Source: Fibrobacteria bacterium
GTDB lineage: Bacteria > Fibrobacterota > Fibrobacteria > UBA11236
Reading direction: 5' to 3'
Length of the DNA: 29,971 nt
Assembly (NCBI GenBank): GCA_043732185.1
Contig: JAYTHY010000080.1
Span: 1 to 29,971 of the forward strand
Made by a program: the position numbers and the translations under genes
Shown: piece after piece, positions 18,078-28,316 of the stretch
Layout: each line of letters opens with the position of its first letter
Numbering within the stretch: the first letter of the stretch is position 1
The notes under the pieces: model-generated
The model's input: only the letters and a program-made list of their open reading frames with translations
Database searches by the model: none
Told to the model about the DNA's origin: nothing

Positions 18078-20429
18078 TCAGTTTCGCAATGGTTTGCCCT
18101 TCTCGAGCATGTGTTTGATGCGTTCCTGCGTTTTGCGCATGCCACAGAGGCTGAGAAACGCTTCGCGTTCCAAATCCAGCAAGTAGTCTTCGCTTACTTT
18201 TTGAGGGCTGCTTAAATGTCCACCTGTCAAAATTCCCGCTAGCTTCAAGGAAACCACTTCATCGTGATCGGAGATGTATCCGCCCTCTTTCATTCCGCCT
18301 ACCAAAAGCTTTACAGTCTCCATTCCAGGCAGGCCCATCACGGGAATATCAGTACGGGGACTAGGTTGGCGATAACCGGATTCCGCCAAGCCTATGGCGG
18401 CTTGTTTGGCATAATGGATTTGATGGTCGCCATTGAGCACAATGCGGTCAGAAGACCGGATAAACCCCAGCGTTCTGGCTTCATCGGCACTGGTCGAGAC
18501 CTTGGCCATGGCGATGGTCTGGAATATTTTTTTCAAAAACGGCAATGCAATTGCATCATCGGGTGCGCCGTCCATACCGCGCAGCAGCATTTCCTTGGTG
18601 CCGCCACCAGCCGGGATTAGCCCAACACCGACTTCAACCAATCCCATATAGGATTCGGCGCTGGCAACCAATTGGTCAGCATGCAAGCACACTTCACAGC
18701 CGCCTCCTAAGGCCATGCCAAATGGTGCGGCCACCACCGGTTTGGCGGAATAGCGGAAAAGCATATTCATCTTCTGGAATTGCCGAATGGTGAAATCGAT
18801 TTCCTCCCATTCCTCCTCCATAATGGCCATCAAGATGAACATGATATTGGCACCAGCGGAAAAATGCGGACCCTGGTTGGCAATGACCAGGCCACGGAAA
18901 TTTTTGTCCACTTCTTCCACGGCTTTGCGGGCCATGGTCAGAATATCACCGCCCACCGCATTCATCTTGGTATGGAATTCCAGGCAGGCGATGCCGTCTC
19001 CGAGATCGAGTAAACTGGCGCCGGTATTGGTGGCCACCACTTTGTTCTGGCGACGTAGATTGGACAAAAGAATAGTGCGCGGGTTTCGGACAATGGGCTT
19101 ATATGCGCCTGTCGGAAAATCGTAATAGTAGTCTACACCTTTATCATTTTTGTAGAAGTATTTATTGCCGTCTTTGAGAAAGCGCAGGATATTGGCGGGG
19201 ATGACTTTGCCTTCGGCCTGCATTTTGGCCACGGTTTGCGGCACTCCCAGCAAATCCCATTTACCGAATGGGCCAATTTCCCATCCGAATCCCCATTTCA
19301 TAGCATTGTCTACATCCACAAGCGAATCGGAGATTTCTCCCATGCGTTTGGCACAGTAGAGAAAGGTTGCGGAAAAATTTTTCCAAAGGAATTTGGAAGC
19401 GCGATCCTCACCGGATAACAGGATCCGGATTTTCCCCGCAGTGGTATCTTCATTTCTGGCTAAGGCTACGGAAGCAAAAGAAAGTTTCTGCTTGTCGACA
19501 TACGCGCCTGCTTTAATATCCCAATGTTTGATTTCCCCCTTGCCTTCTTTGGCGTAAAAACCCTTGCCGCTTTTAGCACCCAGGGAACCGCCGTTTACCA
19601 GCTGATTCAGTACATCCGGGATTTTGAAAATTTCACGTTCGTCGTCATCGGGGCAGTAATCCCAAAGATTCTGGGAAACATGGCGCATGGTATCGAGGCC
19701 CACTACATCGGCCGTGCGGAACACGGCGCTTTTAGGATTTCCGATGAGCGGACCCATGAGCGCATCCACTTCCTGTATCGAGTAGCCGTCTTCGGTTACG
19801 GAACGCATAGTTTGCATGATGGAATAGATGCCGATGCGATTGGCGATGAAGTTCGGCGTATCCTTGCAAAGTACCACGCCTTTGCCGAGGATGTCTTCGC
19901 CGAAGGTTCGGCAAAAATCGACCGCTTCGGGCAACGTTTCCTTACCGGGTATGATTTCCAGCAATTTGAGGTAGCGCGGCGGGTTGAAAAAATGCATGCC
20001 TAAAAAATGCTTGCGCAAATCTTCCGAGCACTCGGCAATCATGGCGTTGATGGATAGGCCGGAGGTATTGGAAACCACCAGTGAACCGGGTTTTCGCACG
20101 GCATCAATTTTTCGGAAAAGTTCCTTCTTGATATCCATTCTCTCTACAACAACTTCGACGATGAGTTCGCACTCTTGAATTTTCTCGAAGTCCGATGCGA
20201 AATTGCCCACCTCGATCAATCCGGCGAAATCCGGAAGGTAAAAGGCGGCCGGTTTGGACTTGACTGCATTGAGCAAACCTGCTTTGGCCAAGGCGTTGGG
20301 GTCTTTTCCGTCTTTGGGGGGAAGGTCCAGTAATATGCTACCGATACCGGCATTCGCAAAGTGGGCGGCAATGGCACTGCCCATGACCCCTGAACCCAAT
20401 ACGGCAACTTTTTTAATCTTAAAGCTCAT
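18078..20429 (-). CDS. fadN: 3-hydroxyacyl-CoA dehydrogenase / enoyl-CoA hydratase fusion (FadN type)
   Basis: GSGVMG Rossmann motif, SNTSG, GMHFFNPPRY, FIANRIG; C-terminal crotonase FSAGAN, LGGGCE and GLVEVGVGLIPAGGG. Confidence 0.94.
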   Translation of the reverse strand: MSFKIKKVAVLGSGVMGSAIAAHFANAGIGSILLDLPPKDGKDPNALAKAGLLNAVKSKPAAFYLPDFAGLIEVGNFASDFEKIQECELIVEVVVERMDIKKELFRKIDAVRKPGSLVVSNTSGLSINAMIAECSEDLRKHFLGMHFFNPPRYLKLLEIIPGKETLPEAVDFCRTFGEDILGKGVVLCKDTPNFIANRIGIYSIMQTMRSVTEDGYSIQEVDALMGPLIGNPKSAVFRTADVVGLDTMRHVSQNLWDYCPDDDEREIFKIPDVLNQLVNGGSLGAKSGKGFYAKEGKGEIKHWDIKAGAYVDKQKLSFASVALARNEDTTAGKIRILLSGEDRASKFLWKNFSATFLYCAKRMGEISDSLVDVDNAMKWGFGWEIGPFGKWDLLGVPQTVAKMQAEGKVIPANILRFLKDGNKYFYKNDKGVDYYYDFPTGAYKPIVRNPRTILLSNLRRQNKVVATNTGASLLDLGDGIACLEFHTKMNAVGGDILTMARKAVEEVDKNFRGLVIANQGPHFSAGANIMFILMAIMEEEWEEIDFTIRQFQKMNMLFRYSAKPVVAAPFGMALGGGCEVCLHADQLVASAESYMGLVEVGVGLIPAGGGTKEMLLRGMDGAPDDAIALPFLKKIFQTIAMAKVSTSADEARTLGFIRSSDRIVLNGDHQIHYAKQAAIGLAESGYRQPSPRTDIPVMGLPGMETVKLLVGGMKEGGYISDHDEVVSLKLAGILTGGHLSSPQKVSEDYLLDLEREAFLSLCGMRKTQERIKHMLEKGKPLRN

Positions 20430-20482
20430 GCATAAACTCCCATCACACTGGCCTCAAAACATCGAACGAATCGCAGCCGTTT

Positions 20483-22435
20483 TTAGGCCGAGTTCTTTTG
20501 AACGCTTTCCCACAGGACTTCGGCGACATCTTTTACTTTGACCGTATCCGCTTTTCCTAAACTCTTCATGCCATCCGTCATCATGGTCATGCAGAAAGGG
20601 CATGCCGTGCCGACGGTTTTAGCGCCTGTCGCCACAGCCTCTTTGGCACGCTCCTCATTAATGCGCGTCCCGATTTTTTCTTCCATCCACATTCTACCGC
20701 CTCCGGCGCCGCAGCAGAAGCTTTTTTCGCGATTCCGTTCCAATTCCTTTACCTTGACGCCAGCTCCAACCAGAGTTTTTCTGGGGGCATCGAACACGCC
20801 ATTGTGCCGTCCCAGATAACAGGAATCATGGAAGGCGACCTCGACGCTTTCGCTCTGAGCTGCGGGTAATTTTCCATCTGCGACCAAATTAGCCAGCAGT
20901 TCGGAATGATGGATGACCTGGTATTCACCGCCAAATTCTGGGAATTCATTTTTGATGGTATTGAAACAATGCGGGCAGGCCGTGATGACTTTTCGTACAC
21001 CGTATTTGGTAAAGGTTTCCACGCTTTGCGGGGCCAAGGCTTGGAACAGGTATTCATTGCCAATCCGGCGGGCGCTGTCCCCGCAGCAGGTTTCTTCCTT
21101 GCCTAATATGCCGAAACTGACACCGGCTTTGTTCAGCAGGCCGGTCACGGCTTTAGTAACCTGTATGTTACGCTCGTCATAGGCGCCGGAACAACCCACA
21201 TAGTACAAGTATTCTACGTCAGCTTTTTCTGCCAAAGTCTTGACGCCCAATCCTTCCGCCCATTTGCCTCTGTCTTCCTGAGGCAATCCCCATGGATTGC
21301 TCTGGTTTTCCATATTCTTCATGGCTGCTTGCGCCTCTTCCGGGAAGTCGCCTTCCATCAAGACGCGGTTTTGGCGAATGCCGATGAGCTTGCGCATGGG
21401 GCTGATGTAAACGGGACAGACTTCTTCACAGGCGCGGCAGGTGGTACAGGCCCAGAGCACATCCTGAGTGATGACATTGGCAAAAAGTTTGGTTTTGGTT
21501 TCCGCTTTGGGATCCTTCAGCAACGCCGGTCCCGCTTCAAAGAGGTGGCTTTTGATGTCCTGGATGACATCTTTGGGGCTCAAGGGTTTGGCGGTAAAAT
21601 AAGCTGGACAGCTCTCCTGGCATCGGCCGCATTCGGTGCAGGCGTAAAGGTCGAGCAAATCCTTTTTCGTATAGTCGCTGACTTTTCCTACGCCGAAGCT
21701 TTCGGATTTTTCATCGGATAAATCCAATTTTGCGATTCTACCGGGAGGGCTATTATCCCGGAAAAAGATATTGGGTCCCGCGCCCAAAATATGCAGATGC
21801 TTGGAGTAGGGAACAAAGGCAAGAAAACCCAAGACGGTGAGATTGTGCAGCCAATCAAAAACCGGGTAAACGGGATCCAGAGATCCACCTAAAAGGCTGC
21901 CGAGAAAATTCGCGATGGGAGTGTAGCCGGGCTTAGGTTCAATGGCGCGCATGGCGAAGAAGCAAACCATCAGCAGGGAAATCATGCCTAGTATGATAAA
22001 TGCCTCGCGTTTGTGAGCAGGAGGGCCTTGCAGTCTGAGCGGCTGAATAACGATACGGCGATAAAGTGCGACTGCAATGGCTACCAGCACCGCAAAGGCC
22101 ATAAAGTCTTGAGCAGTATTCATGATGGGATAAATCGGCCCCAAGAAGGCGAAGGAAAACCCGTGGAAAAATCCCGCGACAAAACCCTCGATGGTTCCGA
22201 AGGTGACGATGAGGAATCCCCAGAAAATAAAGAAATGCCCAATCCCGGATCGCTCCTTGACCACACTCTTCTGCCCGAAAACATTGATCATAACGCTCTT
22301 AATGCGCTTTCCCAATTCGTCCATCGGGAGCTTGCCTTTTCCCAGGTTGAGCAAAAGCCATAATTCCCAAACCCGGCGCACAAAGATGCCGATGGCGATC
22401 AACGTGCAGAATGCGAGTGCGATGCTGCTGATCAT
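20483..22435 (-). CDS. fadF: Membrane Fe-S oxidoreductase (FadF / HdrD-like, likely ETF:quinone oxidoreductase)
   Basis: N-terminal TM domain with His residues, [24 protein letters not shown] and two CCG domains; ATGA overlap with etfA. Confidence 0.9.
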   Translation of the reverse strand: MISSIALAFCTLIAIGIFVRRVWELWLLLNLGKGKLPMDELGKRIKSVMINVFGQKSVVKERSGIGHFFIFWGFLIVTFGTIEGFVAGFFHGFSFAFLGPIYPIMNTAQDFMAFAVLVAIAVALYRRIVIQPLRLQGPPAHKREAFIILGMISLLMVCFFAMRAIEPKPGYTPIANFLGSLLGGSLDPVYPVFDWLHNLTVLGFLAFVPYSKHLHILGAGPNIFFRDNSPPGRIAKLDLSDEKSESFGVGKVSDYTKKDLLDLYACTECGRCQESCPAYFTAKPLSPKDVIQDIKSHLFEAGPALLKDPKAETKTKLFANVITQDVLWACTTCRACEEVCPVYISPMRKLIGIRQNRVLMEGDFPEEAQAAMKNMENQSNPWGLPQEDRGKWAEGLGVKTLAEKADVEYLYYVGCSGAYDERNIQVTKAVTGLLNKAGVSFGILGKEETCCGDSARRIGNEYLFQALAPQSVETFTKYGVRKVITACPHCFNTIKNEFPEFGGEYQVIHHSELLANLVADGKLPAAQSESVEVAFHDSCYLGRHNGVFDAPRKTLVGAGVKVKELERNREKSFCCGAGGGRMWMEEKIGTRINEERAKEAVATGAKTVGTACPFCMTMMTDGMKSLGKADTVKVKDVAEVLWESVQKNSA

Positions 22436-23394
22436 GCGAGTTTTTTCACCTCCGCTATCATCATGGGGATGATTTCAAAGAGGTCTCCAACAATGCCATA
22501 GTCGGCGATTTTAAAAATGGGCGCTTCCGGGTCTTTATTAATCGCAACGATCAGTTTGGATGTGCGCATGCCGGCTAGATGTTGAATGGCTCCGGAAATG
22601 CCACAGGCGATGTACACGTCGGGCGTTACGGTTTTTCCGGTTTGCCCCACTTGCATAGTATGACTGATCCAACCCGCATCCACGGCGGCGCGGCTCGCGC
22701 CCACAGCGCCACCCATGGCGTCGGCCAATTCCTGCAATATCTTAAAGGGTTCCGGACCCCCTAATCCACGGCCACCGGAAACCACAATATGCGCTTCGCT
22801 CAAATCCACCTTACCGGCCACGGCCTGCATCACGGAGGTTACCTTGGCCCGCAGATTCAATTGGGGCAAGGGCCGTTTTTCCACGGCGGGCGTGTCCGCT
22901 CCTTCTTTTATAACGGGGAAAATATTGGGACGCAAGGACACAAGATGGGGAGTAGGTCCACCCAGCTTTAAAGTTTCAATCACCTTCCCCGCAAACCTGG
23001 GCCGTTTCACTTTACAGGCGCCGTCCCATTCCAAACCGATACAGTCTTGCGCCAATTCCACACCGAGTTTTCCAGCCAAGGACGCACAAATTTCTTTTCC
23101 TACTGTAGACGCTGGGCCAATGATGACGGTAGTCTTGAGCTCCAGGGAGAGTGCCTTGAGCACCGGAATGTAGGCTTCGCTGGTGGCATAGGTCAGGGCT
23201 TCGTCTTCGTATAGGAAAACCTTTTTGATATTGAAACCAGAGAGCTTTGCAGCCTCCGCGTCCAAGGACTTTCCTAGCAGGACGGCGTATACATCCAGAT
23301 GGGATTGCTTGGACAATTGGGCGGCAGCCGAAGCCGCTTCCAATGAGCTGCTACTGAGCGTTCCGCGTTGTTCCAGTAAAACTAGGATTGCCAT
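22432..23394 (-). CDS. etfA: Electron transfer flavoprotein alpha subunit
   Basis: [40 protein letters not shown] and [11 protein letters not shown] motifs. Confidence 0.96.
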   Translation of the reverse strand: MAILVLLEQRGTLSSSSLEAASAAAQLSKQSHLDVYAVLLGKSLDAEAAKLSGFNIKKVFLYEDEALTYATSEAYIPVLKALSLELKTTVIIGPASTVGKEICASLAGKLGVELAQDCIGLEWDGACKVKRPRFAGKVIETLKLGGPTPHLVSLRPNIFPVIKEGADTPAVEKRPLPQLNLRAKVTSVMQAVAGKVDLSEAHIVVSGGRGLGGPEPFKILQELADAMGGAVGASRAAVDAGWISHTMQVGQTGKTVTPDVYIACGISGAIQHLAGMRTSKLIVAINKDPEAPIFKIADYGIVGDLFEIIPMMIAEVKKLA

Positions 23395-23418
23395 GCTATT
23401 GTTCCTCTTGATTGCGTG

Positions 23419-24213
23419 CTAAAAGGCTTTGTGATTTTCATGGAGGGCTTTGATCAATTGCGAGACTCGGCCGGCATTGTCGCCTTCCAGAATCTTGCCT
23501 GCACTGCGCGGCTTTGGAGCTTCGATCGAGCACACTTCCAAATTCGAACCAACGTCGGAATCAGTAAGCCCCAATTCCGCCAGAGTGACTTCCTTGATAT
23601 CCTTTTTCTTCGCCTTCATGATATTGGGCAAGTTGGGATAGCGTGGAGCATTCAAGCCTTTTTGTGCGGTAAATAGAGCGGGGAGCGTCACTTCCATAGT
23701 GTAATTGCCACCTTCCACTTCACGCGTAACCGTGGCTTTGGAATCCGCAAGTTTGAATGCGATTACGGTGGAAACATGTGGGATACCTAGGATTTCCGCC
23801 ACGCGTTCACCAACTTGACTGGCATCATCATCGACGGCTTGTTTGCCAGCAAAAACCAAGTCTGGCTGAACGGTTTTGAGCGCGGCAGCCAAAGCGACGG
23901 CTACCGACTTGGAAGAGGCAGAAGCCAGTTTAGCGTCCTTGACCAATAATCCGCTGTCCGCTCCCATCGCCAAGGCAAGCCGCATCGTTTCCTTGCACTC
24001 TTCTCCACCCGCGCTGACTACCAGCACATCAATGGCCCCCGCACCGGCAGCAGCTCCAGCCTCTTTAATCAGCATGGCCTGTTCAACGGCATGTTCGTCA
24101 TAGGGGCTTAAAACAAATTTTAAGCCATCCATTGAAATGGACTTTCCATCTGGTCCGATTTTAATCAGCGATGCCGTGTCTGGCACTCTCTTGACTATGA
24201 CGGCAATTTTCAT
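23419..24213 (-). CDS. etfB: Electron transfer flavoprotein beta subunit
   Basis: MKIAVIVKRVPD, ALAMGAD, GKQAVD and PRYP motifs. Start set at ATG 24213 after AGGAG. Confidence 0.95.
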   Translation of the reverse strand: MKIAVIVKRVPDTASLIKIGPDGKSISMDGLKFVLSPYDEHAVEQAMLIKEAGAAAGAGAIDVLVVSAGGEECKETMRLALAMGADSGLLVKDAKLASASSKSVAVALAAALKTVQPDLVFAGKQAVDDDASQVGERVAEILGIPHVSTVIAFKLADSKATVTREVEGGNYTMEVTLPALFTAQKGLNAPRYPNLPNIMKAKKKDIKEVTLAELGLTDSDVGSNLEVCSIEAPKPRSAGKILEGDNAGRVSQLIKALHENHKAF

Positions 24214-24363
24214 CAGGCCTTCTCCTTGGCTAATACGCACAGAAACAGCGAATACTCGCCATTCTAGGGAAGAGTTTACGATGAACGCCCCATTCCCGTC
24301 CATAAAACTCCTCAAAAAGCTGTGTCGAAGCCAACCTTTTCTTGGCTTGAGGCGAGATTAGAC

Positions 24364-24392
24364 TTGACAGTATATCGTAGATATACGATATT
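24364..24392 (+). promoter_or_regulatory. sigma70-type promoter overlapped by an inverted-repeat ArsR operator
   Basis: TTGACA at 24364-69, 17-bp spacer, GATATT at 24387-92; perfect dyad ATATCGTA-gata-TACGATAT at 24372-24391. Confidence 0.75.
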
Positions 24393-24398
24393 GGAATT

Positions 24399-24734
24399 AT
24401 GGCACTCAATAAAAAATCAGAGTTTGAACCGATAGACCAAACCTTGTCCGGATTTGCTAAAGCCCTGAGCCACCCTGCTCGCATTGCCATTCTAAGAACC
24501 CTGGCGAATCGAGGCACGTGCATCTGTGGTGAATTGGTAGCGGATCTTCCCCTCGCGCAAAGCACGGTCAGCCAACATTTAAAAGAATTGAAGGACGCGG
24601 GCCTGATACGCGGCGAAGTGGATGGGCCCAAGTCCTGCTATTGTATTGATTGGAATGTCTTGTCCGATGTTTGGAAGGAATTGCAGAACCTGTTTTCCGT
24701 AATGGAAAAGAATCACCAAAAAAACTGTTGCTAA
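24399..24734 (+). CDS. arsR: ArsR/SmtB family repressor
   Basis: [35 protein letters not shown] and a C-terminal CC; first gene of the ars operon. Confidence 0.93.
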   Translation: MALNKKSEFEPIDQTLSGFAKALSHPARIAILRTLANRGTCICGELVADLPLAQSTVSQHLKELKDAGLIRGEVDGPKSCYCIDWNVLSDVWKELQNLFSVMEKNHQKNCC

Positions 24735-24784
24735 TTGGATCCGGAAAATCGAATACGAAAAGAAAAAATGAAATGGAGCCAGGT

Positions 24785-25648
24785 ATGAAAATCATAAATA
24801 AAACGAGTGCGTGTTGCGAACCAGGATGCTGTGTTGAGGAAGTCAAGCCGGAATTGGAAACGGCAGAAAAGGTAAAAGCCCTTGTTCGGGAGAAATACGG
24901 TTCCATCGCCAATACCGAATCTTCTTGTTGTGGGGTTGGAGGCGGGTGTGGTATGCCGGAAGTGACCTCGTTCAGCGAGTCGTACTCAGGTAAGGACGGT
25001 TACCATCCAGACGCTGATTTGGGTTTGGGCTGTGGCCAGCCGACGGATTTGGCCCGCATCAAGGTTGGCGATACGGTAGTCGATTTGGGTTCTGGGGCAG
25101 GCAATGATGTGTTTGTCGCACGGGCTCAAATAGGGGCTGCCGGCAAAGTCATCGGTGTGGATATGACGCCGGAGATGATCAAAAAAGCGCGAGCCAATAA
25201 CCAGAAAATGGGGTTTAACAATGTCGAATTCCGTTTGGGCGAAATTGAGGATGCACCCGTGGAAAGTGGTTCAGCGAATGTGGTGATTAGCAATTGCGTT
25301 TTAAATTTGGTTCCCGATAAAACCAAAGCCTTTTCGGAAATGTACCGTATCCTCAAACCCGGCGGACATTTTTCCGTTTCCGATATCGTCCTGACTGGCC
25401 CACTTCCGGAAGCGGCGCTGCAAGCGGCCATTCTCTATACCGGATGCGTTTCCGGGGCTTTGCAAAAGGAGGACTATGTGGCCAAGGCTCGGCAGGCGGG
25501 CTTTACAGAAATACAGGTAGACCGGGAACGAGAAATCCAATTGCCACATTCGGTGTTGGATGCATGCCTGACTCCTACGCAGATTCGCGAGTTCACGGAA
25601 TCGGGAACCAAGATTCTCAGTATCAATCTATACGGAAAAAAATCTTGA
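24785..25648 (+). CDS. arsM: Arsenite S-adenosylmethionine methyltransferase
   Basis: LGLGCG, VVDLGSGAG, GVDMTPEM, ISNCVLNL and GCVSGAL motifs. Start at ATG 24785 after GGAG (24773 is the alternative). Confidence 0.93.
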   Translation: MKIINKTSACCEPGCCVEEVKPELETAEKVKALVREKYGSIANTESSCCGVGGGCGMPEVTSFSESYSGKDGYHPDADLGLGCGQPTDLARIKVGDTVVDLGSGAGNDVFVARAQIGAAGKVIGVDMTPEMIKKARANNQKMGFNNVEFRLGEIEDAPVESGSANVVISNCVLNLVPDKTKAFSEMYRILKPGGHFSVSDIVLTGPLPEAALQAAILYTGCVSGALQKEDYVAKARQAGFTEIQVDREREIQLPHSVLDACLTPTQIREFTESGTKILSINLYGKKS

Positions 25649-25690
25649 AAATAGTGAGAGGACCTTGCCTTTAAAGGGAACGCAATTAGG

Positions 25691-26776
25691 ATGAAAAAAA
25701 GTATCGGATTTTTCGAACGGTATCTCTCACTTTGGGTAGCCCTTTGCATGGCATTGGGAATGGGAATTGGAAAAAGTGTGCCTGACCTGGTCTCGTCTTT
25801 GCGCCGATTAGAATTCGTTCCTGGATCACAAATCAATCCGGCTATAGCAGTGCTTATCTGGCTCATGATTTATCCCATGATGCTTAAAATCGATTTTGGA
25901 AGCTTGGCAAGAGTGGGGAAGAGTCCACGAGGTCTGGCCGTGACCTTGGCCATCAACTGGTTGGTCAAGCCTTTTTCCATGGCGCTCCTGGGGTGGTTGT
26001 TTTTCAAATTTCTGTTCCTTGGATTTACGGGAGCGGCACTTGCGGATCAATATCTGGCTGGGGTTATTATTCTTGCCGCGGCTCCTTGCACGGCCATGGT
26101 CTTCGTCTGGTCGCAGCTCACGGACGGGGATCCGGCCTATACCTTGGTTCAAGTCGCCTTGAATGACTTGCTGATGCTGGTATTATTCGCACCGATAGTC
26201 ACGCTGCTCATTAGCGGAGTCAGTTCCTTGACTGTGCCTTTTTCGATCATGGCCTACAGCGTCATTTGCTTTATCGTCATACCCTTATTTTTAGGGGCAT
26301 TGAGTCGGTATGCGCTTGTTAGGCTTAAGGGGAAGGAATGGTTTGAAAAAAAATACTCGGCCAAGTTTCAACCCGTCACGATGGTGGCACTCCTAGCCAC
26401 CTTGGTTTTGATTTTCGCCTTCCAAGCCCAAAATATTCTGAAGAATCCCATTCACGTTGCCTTGATCGCAGTCCCGATTCTTATTCAGGTGTATTTCAAT
26501 GCTGGTCTTGCCTACTGGCTGATGCGCAGGTTTAAAGTGCCCCATACCATCGCAGCGCCCGGCGCACTTATTGGTGCCAGTAATTTTTTTGAATTGGCGG
26601 TGGCGACGGCTATAGCTTTGTACGGTCCGGATTCAGGTGCTGCGTTGGCCACCGTGGTGGGCGTGCTGGTTGAAGTCCCTGTCATGTTGTCGGTATGTTC
26701 GGCTTGCAATCGTTCTAAACTGTGGTATGAGATCGTCCTTCCGGGAATCCCCGGACGACCAATAATGGAGAAATAG
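25691..26776 (+). CDS. acr3: Acr3-family arsenite efflux permease
   Basis: FFERYLSLWV, MIYPMM, NWLVKPF, APCTAMVFVWS, ASNFFELAVA and LVEVPVML motifs. Confidence 0.96.
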   Translation: MKKSIGFFERYLSLWVALCMALGMGIGKSVPDLVSSLRRLEFVPGSQINPAIAVLIWLMIYPMMLKIDFGSLARVGKSPRGLAVTLAINWLVKPFSMALLGWLFFKFLFLGFTGAALADQYLAGVIILAAAPCTAMVFVWSQLTDGDPAYTLVQVALNDLLMLVLFAPIVTLLISGVSSLTVPFSIMAYSVICFIVIPLFLGALSRYALVRLKGKEWFEKKYSAKFQPVTMVALLATLVLIFAFQAQNILKNPIHVALIAVPILIQVYFNAGLAYWLMRRFKVPHTIAAPGALIGASNFFELAVATAIALYGPDSGAALATVVGVLVEVPVMLSVCSACNRSKLWYEIVLPGIPGRPIMEK

Positions 26777-26777
26777 A

Positions 26778-27176
26778 ATGTCTGAACGCGCCCCAAAAAG
26801 TGTGCTGTTTGTTTGTATTGAAAATTCCAACCGCAGTCAGATGGCGGAAGCCTTTGCCAGAATCCATGGAGTAGACATCGCCGCTTACAGTTCCGGCTCG
26901 CGTCCTTCCGGAATCGTAAATCCCAAGGCCATCGCTTCGATGGCAGAACGCGGTTACGATCTGTCCAAGCATGTGTCCAAATCTCTGGACCAGATTCCGA
27001 ACATCCAATATTCGGCCGTGGTCACTATGGGTTGCGGGGACGCGTGCCCGCAGGTTATGGCCGCTTTGCGCGAGGATTGGGCTATACCCGATCCAAAGTA
27101 TTTGCCACCGGACGAGTTTGGGAAAATCCGCGATCTCATAGAGTCCAAGGTGAAGGCGCTTTTAGCGGCCATTTGA
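26778..27176 (+). CDS. arsC: Arsenate reductase, LMW-PTPase fold
   Basis: P-loop CIENSNRSQMAE, MGCGDACP and DW.IPDP motifs. Confidence 0.92.
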   Translation: MSERAPKSVLFVCIENSNRSQMAEAFARIHGVDIAAYSSGSRPSGIVNPKAIASMAERGYDLSKHVSKSLDQIPNIQYSAVVTMGCGDACPQVMAALREDWAIPDPKYLPPDEFGKIRDLIESKVKALLAAI

Positions 27177-27251
27177 AATTTGGTAGTGAGGCCAGTGGTT
27201 CACCCTCAAGGTCTAGTATATATTGGATTAATCGCGCACCCTCTTTAATAT

Positions 27252-27287
27252 TGTAAAGTTTTTCGACAGGAGTTGGAAAGCTTTACG
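27252..27287. promoter_or_regulatory. Candidate PrsR-type enhancer sites upstream of the PEP-CTERM gene
   Basis: TGTAAAGTTTTTCGACA (27252-68) plus an inverted degenerate copy at 27271-87 (reverse complement CGTAAAGCTTTCCAACT), 50-85 bp upstream of the -24 box. Confidence 0.6.
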
Positions 27288-27337
27288 TTCGAACCACACT
27301 GATAGGCTGATTTGGCCAGAAACGGCCAATTTAGAAT

Positions 27338-27353
27338 TGGCCGGAAAATTGCT
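27338..27353 (+). promoter_or_regulatory. sigma54 -24/-12 promoter for the PEP-CTERM gene
   Basis: TGGCCGGAAAATTGCT = GG-N10-GC, about 42 nt upstream of ATG 27394. Confidence 0.72.
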
Positions 27354-27393
27354 CTACTATGCCATAGTCAATCCCCTCATTGGAGTTTTTAAG

Positions 27394-28134
27394 ATGAAAT
27401 CATTAGCAATCGGCATTCTTCTCACCGCAGCACTCTCTACCTGGTCCGCGCCTATAAACATCACCGTTAACGATGGAAATGGCTATTCTGGAACCGGCGT
27501 TGGCGGAGAAGACAGCGAAACCGAACCCGGCATGATAAATGACCAAAGCTGGGATTTGGAAGCCTTTGTTCAAGACGGCACCACGCTTTCTCTAATTGGT
27601 GGCTACGATTTCAAAAATGGCAATAGCGGCTATCTCTCCGGTGACATTTTCTTTGACGTCACAGGCGATGCTGTTTATGGAGCCATCAGTGGGGCTTCCG
27701 ATGGATACCAGACCATTCAATCCACGAGTGGGTACGATTATGTCATGGATCTCAACTGGGCAACCAACACCTATGACCTGTATTCCTTGAATAGCACGTC
27801 CTACACAAACACCACTTATTATGCAGCGAATAAGGGTTCCAATCCTTGGACCTACGCTTCTGGTGGAACACTGCTTCAAAGTGGCATTGCCATCAACTAT
27901 GCCACTGGACTGGCCTTGCCATATTCCGGGGCCACGCACAATCGCGTTAATGTTGATATCGGCTTTTTGGGTGCTGGAACCAGCTTCACCACCCACTACA
28001 CAATGGCTTGCGGAAACGACAATATCATTGGAAAAGGCAGCCTGCCCTCTGTACCAGAGCCAACGTCCATGGTTTTCATGGGCTTGGGACTCCTAGGACT
28101 TGCAGTTCGTAATCGGAAGCGTTTTCAGAAGTAA
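27394..28134 (+). CDS. PEP-CTERM (exosortase-targeted) surface protein
   Basis: Signal peptide MKSLAIGILLTAALSTWSA, Gly/Ser/Thr/Tyr-rich body and C-terminal VPEP + TM helix + RNRKR; SD GGAG. Confidence 0.93.
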   Translation: MKSLAIGILLTAALSTWSAPINITVNDGNGYSGTGVGGEDSETEPGMINDQSWDLEAFVQDGTTLSLIGGYDFKNGNSGYLSGDIFFDVTGDAVYGAISGASDGYQTIQSTSGYDYVMDLNWATNTYDLYSLNSTSYTNTTYYAANKGSNPWTYASGGTLLQSGIAINYATGLALPYSGATHNRVNVDIGFLGAGTSFTTHYTMACGNDNIIGKGSLPSVPEPTSMVFMGLGLLGLAVRNRKRFQK

Positions 28135-28166
28135 TCTAAGCGCACTCAGAGCAATTTAGTTTTTAC

Positions 28167-28203
28167 GGGCCGGTTCTTTTTAATAAGAACCGGCCCTTTT
28201 TTT
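28167..28203 (+). terminator. Intrinsic terminator
   Basis: 12-bp stem GGGCCGGTTCTT/AAGAACCGGCCC, 6-nt loop, followed by T7. Confidence 0.92.
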
Positions 28204-28316
28204 GTTCCGGGACAAAATACCCCGCCTTCAGTATTGCTATTTTTTCGTCTAGGCCAGGACGCTTCAGTTTTTGGATGTTCAATATCAGATTCTAAACTCC
28301 GGCTATGAGGTAATGA

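Noticed and set aside
24246..24263. sigma54-like element upstream of etfB (TGGCGAGTATTCGCT, minus strand)
   Set aside because: The GG-to-GC spacing is 9, not the required 10.
24325..24351. Hairpin AAGCCAA..TTGGCTT between divergent etfB and arsR
   Set aside because: Short stem between divergent genes with no terminator context; no function can be supported.
24650..24784. Long arsM start overlapping arsR
   Set aside because: TTG start with an 85-bp overlap; the SD-supported ATG is at 24785.
14587..27176. Functional link between the putative phosphate porin and the ars operon (arsenate entry)
   Set aside because: They are separated by about 9 kb of unrelated fad genes, and the porin's specificity is unproven.
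27337..27393. TTG-start extension of the PEP-CTERM gene
   Set aside because: The TTG lies in the sigma54 -24 box; the signal peptide begins at ATG 27394.
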